Source: a bacterium
Lineage (GTDB): Bacteria > Patescibacteriota > Microgenomatia > UBA1400 > UBA12108
NCBI GenBank assembly: GCA_021788365.1
Contig: JAJYKS010000003.1
Location: 73,810-137,809 of the forward strand
DNA: 64,000 bases
Reading direction: 5' to 3'
This document shows positions 1-8,750 of the stretch, piece after piece (position 1 is the first letter of the stretch; every line of letters starts with the position of its first letter). A program made the translations under genes and the position numbers. The notes below the pieces were generated by a model. It searched no databases. It was not told the origin of the DNA and worked only from the letters and a program-made list of their open reading frames with translations.

Positions 1-16
1 CAGCGGTAGAGGAAAA

Positions 17-655
17 ATGCAACAACGTGTAGTGACCCCAATTGTGCTAGAACAAGATGCGCGAGTCATCTCTGAATATGCTGCTGTCGCAAAGACATTT
101 GCACATACCTTTCACATAGATATTATCGATGGAATGTATGCCGACAACATAACGGTGGCTCCCGCCGATCTGCAGGAGGTTGATCTGTCACCACTCGCTG
201 TCGACATCCATCTTTTGGTTGATGACCCCGTTGAATGGATCCCTGAGTGTGTGGCATTGTCGCCGACACGAATATTTGCACAGATAGAAAAGATGGGTAG
301 TATCGACCACTACATTGCAACGCTTCGTGAACATCCTGATGTGGAGGTGGGGCTGGGTCTCGGGATACATACGCCACTTTCTGAGCTCACTGACGAGATA
401 TTGAAAAACGTGGATGGGATCATCCTGATGTCTATTGAGGCTGGATTTTCCGGAAATCCGTTTCTTCCTACTGTCTTACCACGTATAACTGAGCTTCGCG
501 CGCGCTACGATGGCGCAATTATTATCGATGGTGGTATCAATGTTGAGCATGCAAGGTCATGTTTTGCCGCGGGAGCGTCCGAGGTGGGTGCAAACAGCTT
601 TATGTGGAAGGGGAATCCGGCAGAGAATTATCAGAACCTATTGGAGGCCGCATGA
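17..655 (+). CDS. rpe: Ribulose-phosphate 3-epimerase
   Basis: HIDIIDG, DIHLLV, ILMSIEAGFSG and IIIDGGIN motifs of the Rpe TIM barrel; next to transketolase genes. Confidence 0.9.
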   Translation: MQQRVVTPIVLEQDARVISEYAAVAKTFAHTFHIDIIDGMYADNITVAPADLQEVDLSPLAVDIHLLVDDPVEWIPECVALSPTRIFAQIEKMGSIDHYIATLREHPDVEVGLGLGIHTPLSELTDEILKNVDGIILMSIEAGFSGNPFLPTVLPRITELRARYDGAIIIDGGINVEHARSCFAAGASEVGANSFMWKGNPAENYQNLLEAA

Positions 656-1281
656 GTAGCCATTTTATTCACCCGCTGGTAAAAAATATTGCGTTTTTTG
701 GGGATGCAGCAGTATCTGAGCATACGGATCCGTACCGTATGGCGTATCATGCAGCCGAGCTCCTGGCAAAGGAAGGATATGTGATCGTAAACGGAGGCGG
801 TCCTGGTGTCATGGCGGCAGCAACCAAGGGGGCAGAGGTAGCAGGGGGGGAAACCTTATCGGTGACGTTTTATCCAAAGCATGCTACCGGGTTTGAGGGG
901 CGGTATGTGGGAAATGTAACCGATACAGAAATAAAGACGAGTAATTATGTGGAGCGTATGTTTAAGCTCATGGAGCATGCGGACCTGTACCTTATGTTCC
1001 GGGGAGGGACGGGGACAATTTCGGAATTCGGCACTGCGTGGGTCCTGGCTAAGCTCTATTATGGGCACCATAAGCCGTTTATCCTGGTTGGCTCGTTTTG
1101 GCGACCGGTTATTAAGGCCATTGAAGAGAACCTCTTAATAGACAATAAAGAAAAGGCCGTTTTCGAGATCGTGGATACTGTCGAGGATATTCTACCGGCG
1201 ATGAAGCGACTGGAGAAGGACCTCGTGGGAATAGACCACTCGCACTGCAAGGTCTGCAGTGAGGGTGCGTTTATGAGCTAA
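652..1281 (+). CDS. LOG family (lysine-decarboxylase-like) nucleotide phosphoribohydrolase
   Basis: VNGGGPGVMAA and GGTGTISE motifs; ATG 652 overlaps the rpe stop (ATGA). Confidence 0.8.
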   Translation: MSSHFIHPLVKNIAFFGDAAVSEHTDPYRMAYHAAELLAKEGYVIVNGGGPGVMAAATKGAEVAGGETLSVTFYPKHATGFEGRYVGNVTDTEIKTSNYVERMFKLMEHADLYLMFRGGTGTISEFGTAWVLAKLYYGHHKPFILVGSFWRPVIKAIEENLLIDNKEKAVFEIVDTVEDILPAMKRLEKDLVGIDHSHCKVCSEGAFMS

Positions 1282-1284
1282 TGT

Positions 1285-1405
1285 TTCGGCAAATCAGCAA
1301 ATCAGCTAGTCGGCAGGCCAGTGCATCGGTTTGTCGGTGTGTCGGCTGATCTGCTGGTCTACTGATAAGCTGACTAGCTGACTAGCTGGTCTACTGGTAC
1401 ACTGA
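1285..1405. repeat. Degenerate ~8-bp periodic repeat tract arranged as an inverted pair
   Basis: cagcaaat/cagctagt/cggcaggc units followed by complementary gctgacta/gctgacta/gctggtct units. Confidence 0.6.
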
Positions 1406-1413
1406 ACATTAGT

Positions 1414-2238
1414 ATGCCTGCCCAGGATTTACATACAATAGCCCAGCAGCTTCGACGTGATGTTATTACGATGGATTACCACGCCGGGGGTGGGCACATT
1501 GCGGGACCATTATCTTCCGCCGATTTGTTTGCGCTTCTCTATTTTGGCGGGGTGGCACACCTCAACCCCACTGACCCCTGGTGGGAGGAGAGGGATAGGA
1601 TCGTTCTTTCGGCAGGACATTATTGTCCGCTCCTTTACGCGTCACTTGCCCGTGTGGGTTATTTTCCTGTAGAAGAGCTATCGACCTTTATGCAGATAAA
1701 CTCGCGGCTGCCGGGACACCCGGAGCGGCGGGGAGACGACAGCACGCTCCCCGGGGTGGAAGCAACGACCGGACCTTTAGGACAGGGTGTATCCGTGGCT
1801 GTAGGGATGGCGCTTGCCCTCTTTTTGCGACGAAGCGAATCACGAGTGTATTGTGTTATGTCTGACGGAGAATTACAGGAGGGCCAGGTGTGGGAGGCTA
1901 TAACTTTTGCGGTGCGGCGGCAGCTCTCGAACCTCACTTTTATCGTGGATGCTAACGGTATACAGATAGAACATTATACGGAGGAGATCGTTACGGGAGA
2001 GATTGCGGCGAAGTTAGAGGGGTTTGGACTTCACGTACTTGAGACAGATGGGAACGATATAGACAAACTGCGCGCGACACTTGAGCTTGCAAAGACGGTT
2101 CGAGACGAGCCAGCGGCAATTGTCATGCATACAACGGCGGGGAAGGGTGTGTCGTTTATGGAACGCTCTCCTGTGTGGCATGATGCGGTTATTACCAAAG
2201 AACAGTATGAGCAGGCAATAAAGGAGTTGGAAAAATAA
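1414..2238 (+). CDS. tkt: Transketolase N-terminal (TPP-binding) subunit
   Basis: GGHIAGPLS, LSAGHY, TGPLGQG and SDGELQEG motifs. Confidence 0.93.
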   Translation: MPAQDLHTIAQQLRRDVITMDYHAGGGHIAGPLSSADLFALLYFGGVAHLNPTDPWWEERDRIVLSAGHYCPLLYASLARVGYFPVEELSTFMQINSRLPGHPERRGDDSTLPGVEATTGPLGQGVSVAVGMALALFLRRSESRVYCVMSDGELQEGQVWEAITFAVRRQLSNLTFIVDANGIQIEHYTEEIVTGEIAAKLEGFGLHVLETDGNDIDKLRATLELAKTVRDEPAAIVMHTTAGKGVSFMERSPVWHDAVITKEQYEQAIKELEK

Positions 2239-2370
2239 TATGGCCAGTCGAACGAATTTTTTACTTTCACTTCCGCTCCTTCCAGGAAAAATCTGTTTAC
2301 TTGTGCCTCGTTGCACAGATTTTTCTTGGGCGGTGCTCATAAATCGCAAAAAATTGTTCGCCAGGCATGT
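2237..2370. repeat. Long imperfect intergenic palindrome (REP/MITE-like)
   Basis: cgaacgaattttt...aaaaaattgttcg outer arms; ccaggaaaaatctgt...acagatttttcttgg inner arms. Confidence 0.65.
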
Positions 2371-2381
2371 TGGAGGCGCGA

Positions 2382-3377
2382 ATGTTCAATGATTCGTATT
2401 TGAGACCAGATTGGCGGACACCGGATGAGCGGCCGATACGGGACGGAGTGGGCGAGGGGCTCTTGCGTGTGGGGGACGACGAGCGGGTTATTGTACTAAC
2501 GGCTGATCTCGGCGGGTCTACCCGTGTAAAAGTATTTCAGGACGTGTACCCTGATCGATACTTTGATGTAGGTGTAGCAGAACAAAATATGGCAGGCGTT
2601 GCTGCAGGACTGGCGCTTGAGGGATATAAACCGTATATGTCGTCGTATGCTACATTTTCACCGGGGCGCAATTGGGAACAAATACGGGTGTCGATCGCAC
2701 TCACTGCGGTTAACGTCAATATAATCGGCAGTCATGGTGGCGTTGCAAGTGGTATTTATGGACCAACACATCAGGGAACCGAAGATATAGCGCTCATGCG
2801 GACGTTGCCCAACATGACAGTTTTGGTGCCAGCGGACGCGACACAGCTATCCGCTGCAATTGTCGCGGCACATGAGCATATGGGTCCGGTGTATATTCGG
2901 GCTGCACGACCGCCAATGCCGGATTTTACTCGGGAGATTCCGTTTACGATAGGGAAGGCTTATGTACTGCGAGAGGTAACGACTACATCGAAGAGAATGG
3001 TGACGCTCTTGGCAACGGGAGCAACTGTATATGAAGCTTTGGTTGCGAGTGAGCAGCTTGCCAAAGAAGGGGTGGAGTGTGAGGTTATCAACGTTTCTAC
3101 GATTATGCCGCTCGACGGTGATACCATCCGGCAAAGTGCAAGAAGAACAGGGTATGTGGTTACCATAGAAGATCACCAGGTAGTGGGAGGGTTGGGTGGG
3201 GCGGTGACAGAGGTCCTCTCAGAAACCTGTCCCGTACCGATAAAGCGAATAGGTTTACAAAACCGGTTTGGGGTATCGGGCTCGTGGCGAGATGTTTATC
3301 GCGAGATGGGTATAGATAGACAAGGTATTGTGCGAGCCGTTCGCGATTTTGTCCTAAACAGGCCTGTGGTACAGTAG
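2382..3377 (+). CDS. tkt: Transketolase C-terminal subunit
   Basis: VGVAEQNM, GPTHQ and TIEDHQVVGGLG motifs; GGAGG RBS upstream. Confidence 0.93.
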   Translation: MFNDSYLRPDWRTPDERPIRDGVGEGLLRVGDDERVIVLTADLGGSTRVKVFQDVYPDRYFDVGVAEQNMAGVAAGLALEGYKPYMSSYATFSPGRNWEQIRVSIALTAVNVNIIGSHGGVASGIYGPTHQGTEDIALMRTLPNMTVLVPADATQLSAAIVAAHEHMGPVYIRAARPPMPDFTREIPFTIGKAYVLREVTTTSKRMVTLLATGATVYEALVASEQLAKEGVECEVINVSTIMPLDGDTIRQSARRTGYVVTIEDHQVVGGLGGAVTEVLSETCPVPIKRIGLQNRFGVSGSWRDVYREMGIDRQGIVRAVRDFVLNRPVVQ

Positions 3378-3382
3378 ATGTC

Positions 3383-4336
3383 ATGAGTAATTACGATGTC
3401 GTGACCGTGGGGAGCGCAGTCCTCGACATTTTTATGAAGAGTGACAAATTCCGTCTTATGCACACCGATGCCGTGCCTGGTGGTGTTGCGATGTGTGAGG
3501 TATACGGAGGGAAGATGGAGGTACAGGAGGTGACCATTGCGTCTGGTGGCGGCGGGACGAATACAGCCGTGTCGTTTGCTCGGAAAGAGCTGAAAACCGC
3601 AACGATCGCAGAAATGGGGAATGACCCGGCGGCGCTCGTGGTGTACAAGGATTTGGAAGAGGCGGGCGTGGAGACACGTTATGTGGTACAAGTGGCTGGC
3701 GAGACCACGGCGGTGTCGGCGATCCTCATTGGTACCGATGGTGGGCGGTCTGTCATCACGTATCGCGGTGCCTCGGCAATGCTTACTAAGCACGACATTC
3801 CCTTTGACGATATTGAGGCGCGGTGGGTACATATTAGTAGCTTGGGGGGTAACCTCTCGCTTCTTAAACAGCTCCTCGACTGGGCGAAGCGAAAACATGT
3901 GCGCATATCCTTGAATCCCGGGATGCCAGAAATAGATCGACGAGAGAAGCTCATCCCGCTTCTCTCCGAAGTTGAGGTGCTTTTTCTCAATCGTGAGGAG
4001 GCGGCAGCACTTTTTGATGTAAATCTTGCTGACGAGATGGTGTGGAAAACACACCCCTTTACCGGTGGGGCAAAAGTGGTGGCCATAACCGATGGATCGC
4101 GTGGAGGAAAAGTTTGTATAGACGGGAAGCAAGTATTTTACGAAGCTGACCGCGTGAAGCACGTCGTAAATACGACGGGAGCAGGGGACGCGTTTGCCTC
4201 GGGGTACGTTGCAGCAATATTGTATGGTAAGGATTACGAGAAAGCGATACTGTGGGGGCGGGCGAATTCGACATCGGTGCTGTCGCAGGTTGGTGCAAAA
4301 AAGGGACTCTTAACTTTGGCGGAGATAAATCGCTAG
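3383..4336 (+). CDS. PfkB-family carbohydrate kinase
   Basis: SGGGGTNTA, FLNREEA and NTTGAGDAFASG PfkB signatures. Confidence 0.9.
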   Translation: MSNYDVVTVGSAVLDIFMKSDKFRLMHTDAVPGGVAMCEVYGGKMEVQEVTIASGGGGTNTAVSFARKELKTATIAEMGNDPAALVVYKDLEEAGVETRYVVQVAGETTAVSAILIGTDGGRSVITYRGASAMLTKHDIPFDDIEARWVHISSLGGNLSLLKQLLDWAKRKHVRISLNPGMPEIDRREKLIPLLSEVEVLFLNREEAAALFDVNLADEMVWKTHPFTGGAKVVAITDGSRGGKVCIDGKQVFYEADRVKHVVNTTGAGDAFASGYVAAILYGKDYEKAILWGRANSTSVLSQVGAKKGLLTLAEINR

Positions 4337-4337
4337 T

Positions 4338-4466
4338 ACGCCCTCATAATTTTTTGGTTTCCTGTTATATTTTCCTTCCACGCTCGCCGCGTTCGACCGC
4401 TTTGCTTGCTCACTAACGGCTCACTTGGGTGGAAAATATAGCGTCACAAAAAATTACGAGGGCGTG
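4338..4466. repeat. ~130-bp imperfect palindrome between convergent genes
   Basis: acgccctcataatttttt...aaaaaattacgagggcgt terminal arms; tatatttt...ttccac / gtggaaaatata inner arms. Confidence 0.7.
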
Positions 4467-4467
4467 T

Positions 4468-5400
4468 TTACACCTCGTCGAGGTGGGAGTGAATGACTTC
4501 GGCGGAGGTGCGGAGGGATTCTAATTCGTCAAGGGCAAGGGGCAGATCTATGATTTCGTGAATGCCATTCCTGCCGACGACGGAAGGGAGCGAAAGTGCA
4601 ACGTTTTCCAGGCCATATTGACCAGAGAGAGGTGAGGAGAGCGGCATAATTTTTTGCTCGTCTCGACTCACGGCTTGTACAATACGGGCGACCACGGAGG
4701 CAATACCATAGTACGTGGCGCCCTTTTCGGCGATAACGTTATATGCATCTTTTCGTGCCTGCTCTAATGCCCAGTCAACGTGTTCTTTGGTCATGCTGTC
4801 AAATGACAAGAGTGGCTTGCCACCAATCGTTGCGGTCGAGATTGGGGCAAACGACGAGTCGCCGTGTTCACCGAGTACGTATGCGTGAATGCTGGTGGGG
4901 TTTACGTCTACCGCTTTTCCTAAGTGTGTGCGGAAACGAGCGGTATCTAGGAGTGTCCCGGAACCAAAAACCCGACCGGTGGGGAGCTTGGCAACTACGG
5001 CTGCCCTGTACGTCATGATGTCTAGGGGGTTTGCCACCATGAGAATAAGTGTGTGGGGGGCGTGTTTGACGATTTTGGGGATGACGGCGTCGACAATGGC
5101 ACAGTTGGTTTTTGTAAGGTCTAGTCGTGTCTGACCTGGTTTTTGTGCACAGCCGGCGGTAAAAATCACCAGGTCGGTACCTTCCAAATCCTCGAACCTG
5201 TCTGTTGCAGTCACTGTTGCGTGGGGGAGAAAAGGCATGCCGTGCTCGAAATCGGCTTTTTCGCCCTCTGCTTTTTTTATCTCACGGGAGTAGAGCACGA
5301 GATCGGAAACGAGACCTTTTAAGAGGAGTGCGTAGGCGCACGTGACGCCTACCCGACCAAGACCAACGACGGCGACTTTGAACGTTTCATGTTTGAGCAT
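4468..5400 (-). CDS. ldh: L-lactate dehydrogenase
   Basis: GLGRVG Rossmann motif, AQKPGQTRLDL, GTLLDTAR, LGEHGDS, KGATYYG; start placed at MLKHETFK. Confidence 0.93.
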   Translation of the reverse strand: MLKHETFKVAVVGLGRVGVTCAYALLLKGLVSDLVLYSREIKKAEGEKADFEHGMPFLPHATVTATDRFEDLEGTDLVIFTAGCAQKPGQTRLDLTKTNCAIVDAVIPKIVKHAPHTLILMVANPLDIMTYRAAVVAKLPTGRVFGSGTLLDTARFRTHLGKAVDVNPTSIHAYVLGEHGDSSFAPISTATIGGKPLLSFDSMTKEHVDWALEQARKDAYNVIAEKGATYYGIASVVARIVQAVSRDEQKIMPLSSPLSGQYGLENVALSLPSVVGRNGIHEIIDLPLALDELESLRTSAEVIHSHLDEV

Positions 5401-5451
5401 TGCCTTTAGTATACATGTATTCCAGAACCCTTGTATGATACGATAGTTGGC

Positions 5452-6159
5452 GTGGTGAAAACATTTCAGATAGCGATAGATGGGCCGGTTGCGGCGGGGA
5501 AGGGAACGACGGCGAAGCTCGTGGCACAGCGCCTTGGATTTCTCTATGTCGATACTGGTGCGATGTACCGATCTCTTACCTTGTACAGCCAGCGAGCGGG
5601 AGTGGTACTTACGGATGAGGCGGCAGTGGTCGGCCTTTTGCAAAAAGACAAACCCCATGTCGATCTGCGCGTACCATCCGAATCTGAGCGCGATGGTAGG
5701 TTGTGTACTGTACTCTTGAATGGCGAGGATGTTTCTTGGAAAGTGCGGACTGAGGAGGTGTCGCGTGGTGTTTCTATTATTACCCAATATGCGGGTGTCC
5801 GCGATATGATCACGCCTCTTGCGAGAAAAATTGCTGAAACTCAAGACGTCGTCATGGAGGGGCGAGATATTACTAGTGTCGTGCTGCCTCGTGCTGACAT
5901 GCTCATATATATGGACGCGCAGCCAATGGAACGGGCGATAAGGCGCCATCGAGAGCTCCTCATGCGTGGGGAGGATGTTACCCTCGATCAGGTACACGCT
6001 GACCTCGTGGAGCGTGACGAGCGAGATAGTCACCGACAGATCGCTCCCTTAAAGAAAGTGCCGGGTGCGTGGATATTGGACACTACGGGGATGACCATCG
6101 ATCAAGTGGCGGACAAAATAGTGGAGCGTGTCAATGAAAAAAGATCTCAAGAAAATTGA
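5452..6159 (+). CDS. cmk: Cytidylate kinase
   Basis: IAIDGPVAAGKGT, DTGAMYR, MEGRDI, RDERDS motifs; GTG start inferred 7 nt after TACGAT. Confidence 0.93.
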   Translation: MVKTFQIAIDGPVAAGKGTTAKLVAQRLGFLYVDTGAMYRSLTLYSQRAGVVLTDEAAVVGLLQKDKPHVDLRVPSESERDGRLCTVLLNGEDVSWKVRTEEVSRGVSIITQYAGVRDMITPLARKIAETQDVVMEGRDITSVVLPRADMLIYMDAQPMERAIRRHRELLMRGEDVTLDQVHADLVERDERDSHRQIAPLKKVPGAWILDTTGMTIDQVADKIVERVNEKRSQEN

Positions 6160-6439
6160 GCTTGAAAACGAAACTTCAGACGTAGACGAGAAGGAGCTGA
6201 AGAAAGAGCAGCGGCAGGAGAAACTGGCGCGGCGGAAAAAGGCGAAGCAAAAAGATACTGTCGCGCGGTGGAGCGGACTTATTCTCCTTGGCCTTATCCT
6301 TATCCTCAGCTTTATTTTATGGGTGGCAGGTGAAGTAGAGAATGGGTCCCAAAGTGGTGGGTCTCCTGTTCGTGAACAGGCACCATTTGTAGAGTCAATC
6401 TCGTCACCAACTCCCTCTGGTGTAGTGCAATTTCAGTGA
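6134..6439 (+). CDS. Small single-TM membrane protein
   Basis: Charged N-terminus followed by hydrophobic helix LILLGLILILSFILW. Confidence 0.6.
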   Translation: MKKDLKKIELENETSDVDEKELKKEQRQEKLARRKKAKQKDTVARWSGLILLGLILILSFILWVAGEVENGSQSGGSPVREQAPFVESISSPTPSGVVQFQ

Positions 6440-8700
6440 ACATAGACAATGCTTGCAGCAGAGTCGGTAATGGTGCCACCTTGGTTATTTGCACAGTCGA
6501 TCTTTGGTTCGGTGCCTGGTATGAAGTAATCGTACACTGGTGTTGTACCCTGGCATCTGGCCACGGCTCGCGCCATGGTGGTCGGCGGGGTAAAGGGTGG
6601 TGTATCCACCCCCTGTAGCAGTGCGCTCATCGTGTGACTCCATATGGGACTGGCACCGGTTATGCCGGAAGCAACTGAGCTCATTGGTGAGTTGTCGTTG
6701 TTCCCAACCCAGGTGGCTACAAGTATGTGAGGTGTGTAGCCGAAGGTCCAATTGTCCCGCAAGTCGTTGGTTGTTCCGGTCTTTACCGCAACGATCTTGC
6801 CAGGAATGTTTAGCACAGAATTGGTACCAAAGGCGAGCGCACGAGCGCCGTTATCAGAAAGTATGCTACTTATTTCGTAGGCGACTGCGGCGGGAATAAC
6901 TTGCTGGTATTTCGAGGAGCCTCCCTGAAGTAGTTCTTTCCCCGACGAATCTTTTATTGAGAGGATGGCACGGAGTGGGACTTTTTCACCACCATCTGCG
7001 AGGATGGAGTAGACCTGGGCCATATCGATCATGCGCACCGCACCTCCGCCTAGGGTGAGTGCCAGGCCATACTGGGAAGGGTCGTTCCATGAGGTGATAC
7101 CCATTTGCCTTCCCAGTTTTACCATATTGTCTACACCGAGCGTGTTTAGAAGTTTGGTTGCTGGAATATTGAGCGAAGAGGCGAGCGCTGTGCGCAAGCT
7201 TACCGTACCGTGGAACGTACCATCGTAATCACGAGGGCACCAGTCTGTGCTACCTATCTGCCGGTAGCAAATGGGTGTGTCATCTATAGTTGAGTTTGGT
7301 GTAAAGCCGTTCATGAATGCAAGGGAATAGGTAACGGGTTTAATGCTGCTCCCGGGTTGGCGCAGTTGTAGGGTAACATTAACTTGCCCATCCTCTTTTG
7401 TGTCGAAAAAGTCGTGTGAGCCAACCATTGCTAGGATGTCGCCGGACTTTGGATCTACAACAAGTCCTGCGCCGTTGCCAACATGTAAATTTTTGAGACG
7501 GGAGAGCTCGGTATTTATTTCCTTTTGTAGCAGATTTTGCGTTTTTAAGTCGAGCGATGTAACTACCGAGAGGCCACCGCGATCAACCATGTCCTCACCG
7601 TATTCTTTTACTAGAAGGTCTTTTATATACATTACGAAGTGTGGAGCAAGGATGCCAACCCCTTCGGGGTGGAAGGCGAGCGTTTTGTCTTTTGCCGCGA
7701 CTGCGTCTTTTTGGGAAATGTATCCAGCCGTAGCCATTGCCTGTAATACGTTTTCTTGGCGCACCTTACCAAGATATGGTGTTGTGCCAAAGGGGGATAG
7801 GGTGGTTGGAGCGACGGGTAGTCCAGCCAGAAGTGCTGCTTCGGGGAGCGACAGGTCTTTTGCGTGCTTGCCGAAATAGCTTTCAGCGGCCTCTTCGATA
7901 CCATAGCTCGTCCCGCCATAGGAAATCTGATTGAGATACATTTCTAGAATCTGATCTTTTGTGTAGGTATGTTCAGCTTCGAGTGAGAGCACTAGTTCTT
8001 TTAACTTACGCGTTAGGGATTTTTGAGGGGAAAGCAGTACATTTTTGACCAGTTGTTGGGTAAGTGTAGAACCACCTTCGAGTGAACAGTTTCCTCGCCC
8101 TAGATTGCAATTCTCAAAATCTGTTATAGCAGCGCGGGCGATGCCCGTTACATCTAGTCCTGGGTGTGAGTAGAAGTTTTTGTCTTCGGCAGCGAGTGTC
8201 GCTTTCCACACATATGGTGGCAGATCTGAGAGGTTTACGAGGGTGCGGTTTTGATCTTTGTATATTTGGTAGAGAAGCATGCCATTTCGGTCGTAAATTT
8301 TTGTAGTCAGTGATGGCGCGTGATCAGCTAGGAGCGTTATGGGGGGAAGGTCTCTTAAAATATACCAGTAGAACAGTCCGCCGATTGTGCCAATTATGCT
8401 TAATATGCAAAATATAATTATCGGAATTTTCAAATTCCAATTCTCAATTCTCAAAAGAGAAACAGCGATGGGCTTGGTAGAATGTCGAGTATGCTTTGAT
8501 TTTTGTAGACGTACTTTGGGGAAACGAAGTGGGGGAAGGCGGACTTTGCTACGTAAAAGTTGGTGAGTAGCTTTTGTGAACAATGAAGTGGCTGTGACAA
8601 AAAATAGGGCAAGCAATGTGAACAATAAATAGGCTGGTTTACCAAGTAATTCTAGAAATTGTACGACAACACTTTTCTCTGGTTTTACCTTCTTTCTCAC
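6433..8700 (-). CDS. Class A penicillin-binding protein (PBP1A family)
   Basis: EDKNFY and GGSTLTQQLVKN transglycosylase motifs; SSIK, SLN and KTGT transpeptidase motifs. Confidence 0.95.
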   Translation of the reverse strand: MRKKVKPEKSVVVQFLELLGKPAYLLFTLLALFFVTATSLFTKATHQLLRSKVRLPPLRFPKVRLQKSKHTRHSTKPIAVSLLRIENWNLKIPIIIFCILSIIGTIGGLFYWYILRDLPPITLLADHAPSLTTKIYDRNGMLLYQIYKDQNRTLVNLSDLPPYVWKATLAAEDKNFYSHPGLDVTGIARAAITDFENCNLGRGNCSLEGGSTLTQQLVKNVLLSPQKSLTRKLKELVLSLEAEHTYTKDQILEMYLNQISYGGTSYGIEEAAESYFGKHAKDLSLPEAALLAGLPVAPTTLSPFGTTPYLGKVRQENVLQAMATAGYISQKDAVAAKDKTLAFHPEGVGILAPHFVMYIKDLLVKEYGEDMVDRGGLSVVTSLDLKTQNLLQKEINTELSRLKNLHVGNGAGLVVDPKSGDILAMVGSHDFFDTKEDGQVNVTLQLRQPGSSIKPVTYSLAFMNGFTPNSTIDDTPICYRQIGSTDWCPRDYDGTFHGTVSLRTALASSLNIPATKLLNTLGVDNMVKLGRQMGITSWNDPSQYGLALTLGGGAVRMIDMAQVYSILADGGEKVPLRAILSIKDSSGKELLQGGSSKYQQVIPAAVAYEISSILSDNGARALAFGTNSVLNIPGKIVAVKTGTTNDLRDNWTFGYTPHILVATWVGNNDNSPMSSVASGITGASPIWSHTMSALLQGVDTPPFTPPTTMARAVARCQGTTPVYDYFIPGTEPKIDCANNQGGTITDSAASIVYVH

Positions 8701-8750
8701 TCTGTTATTGTACGTCTCACCTGTTCTGTGTGTCTATGAGCAGTTGCTGC

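Noticed and set aside
5401-6033. N-terminal extension of the 521-aa ldh ORF
   Set aside because: It is antisense to cmk; LDH homology starts at 5400, with a -10 box just upstream.
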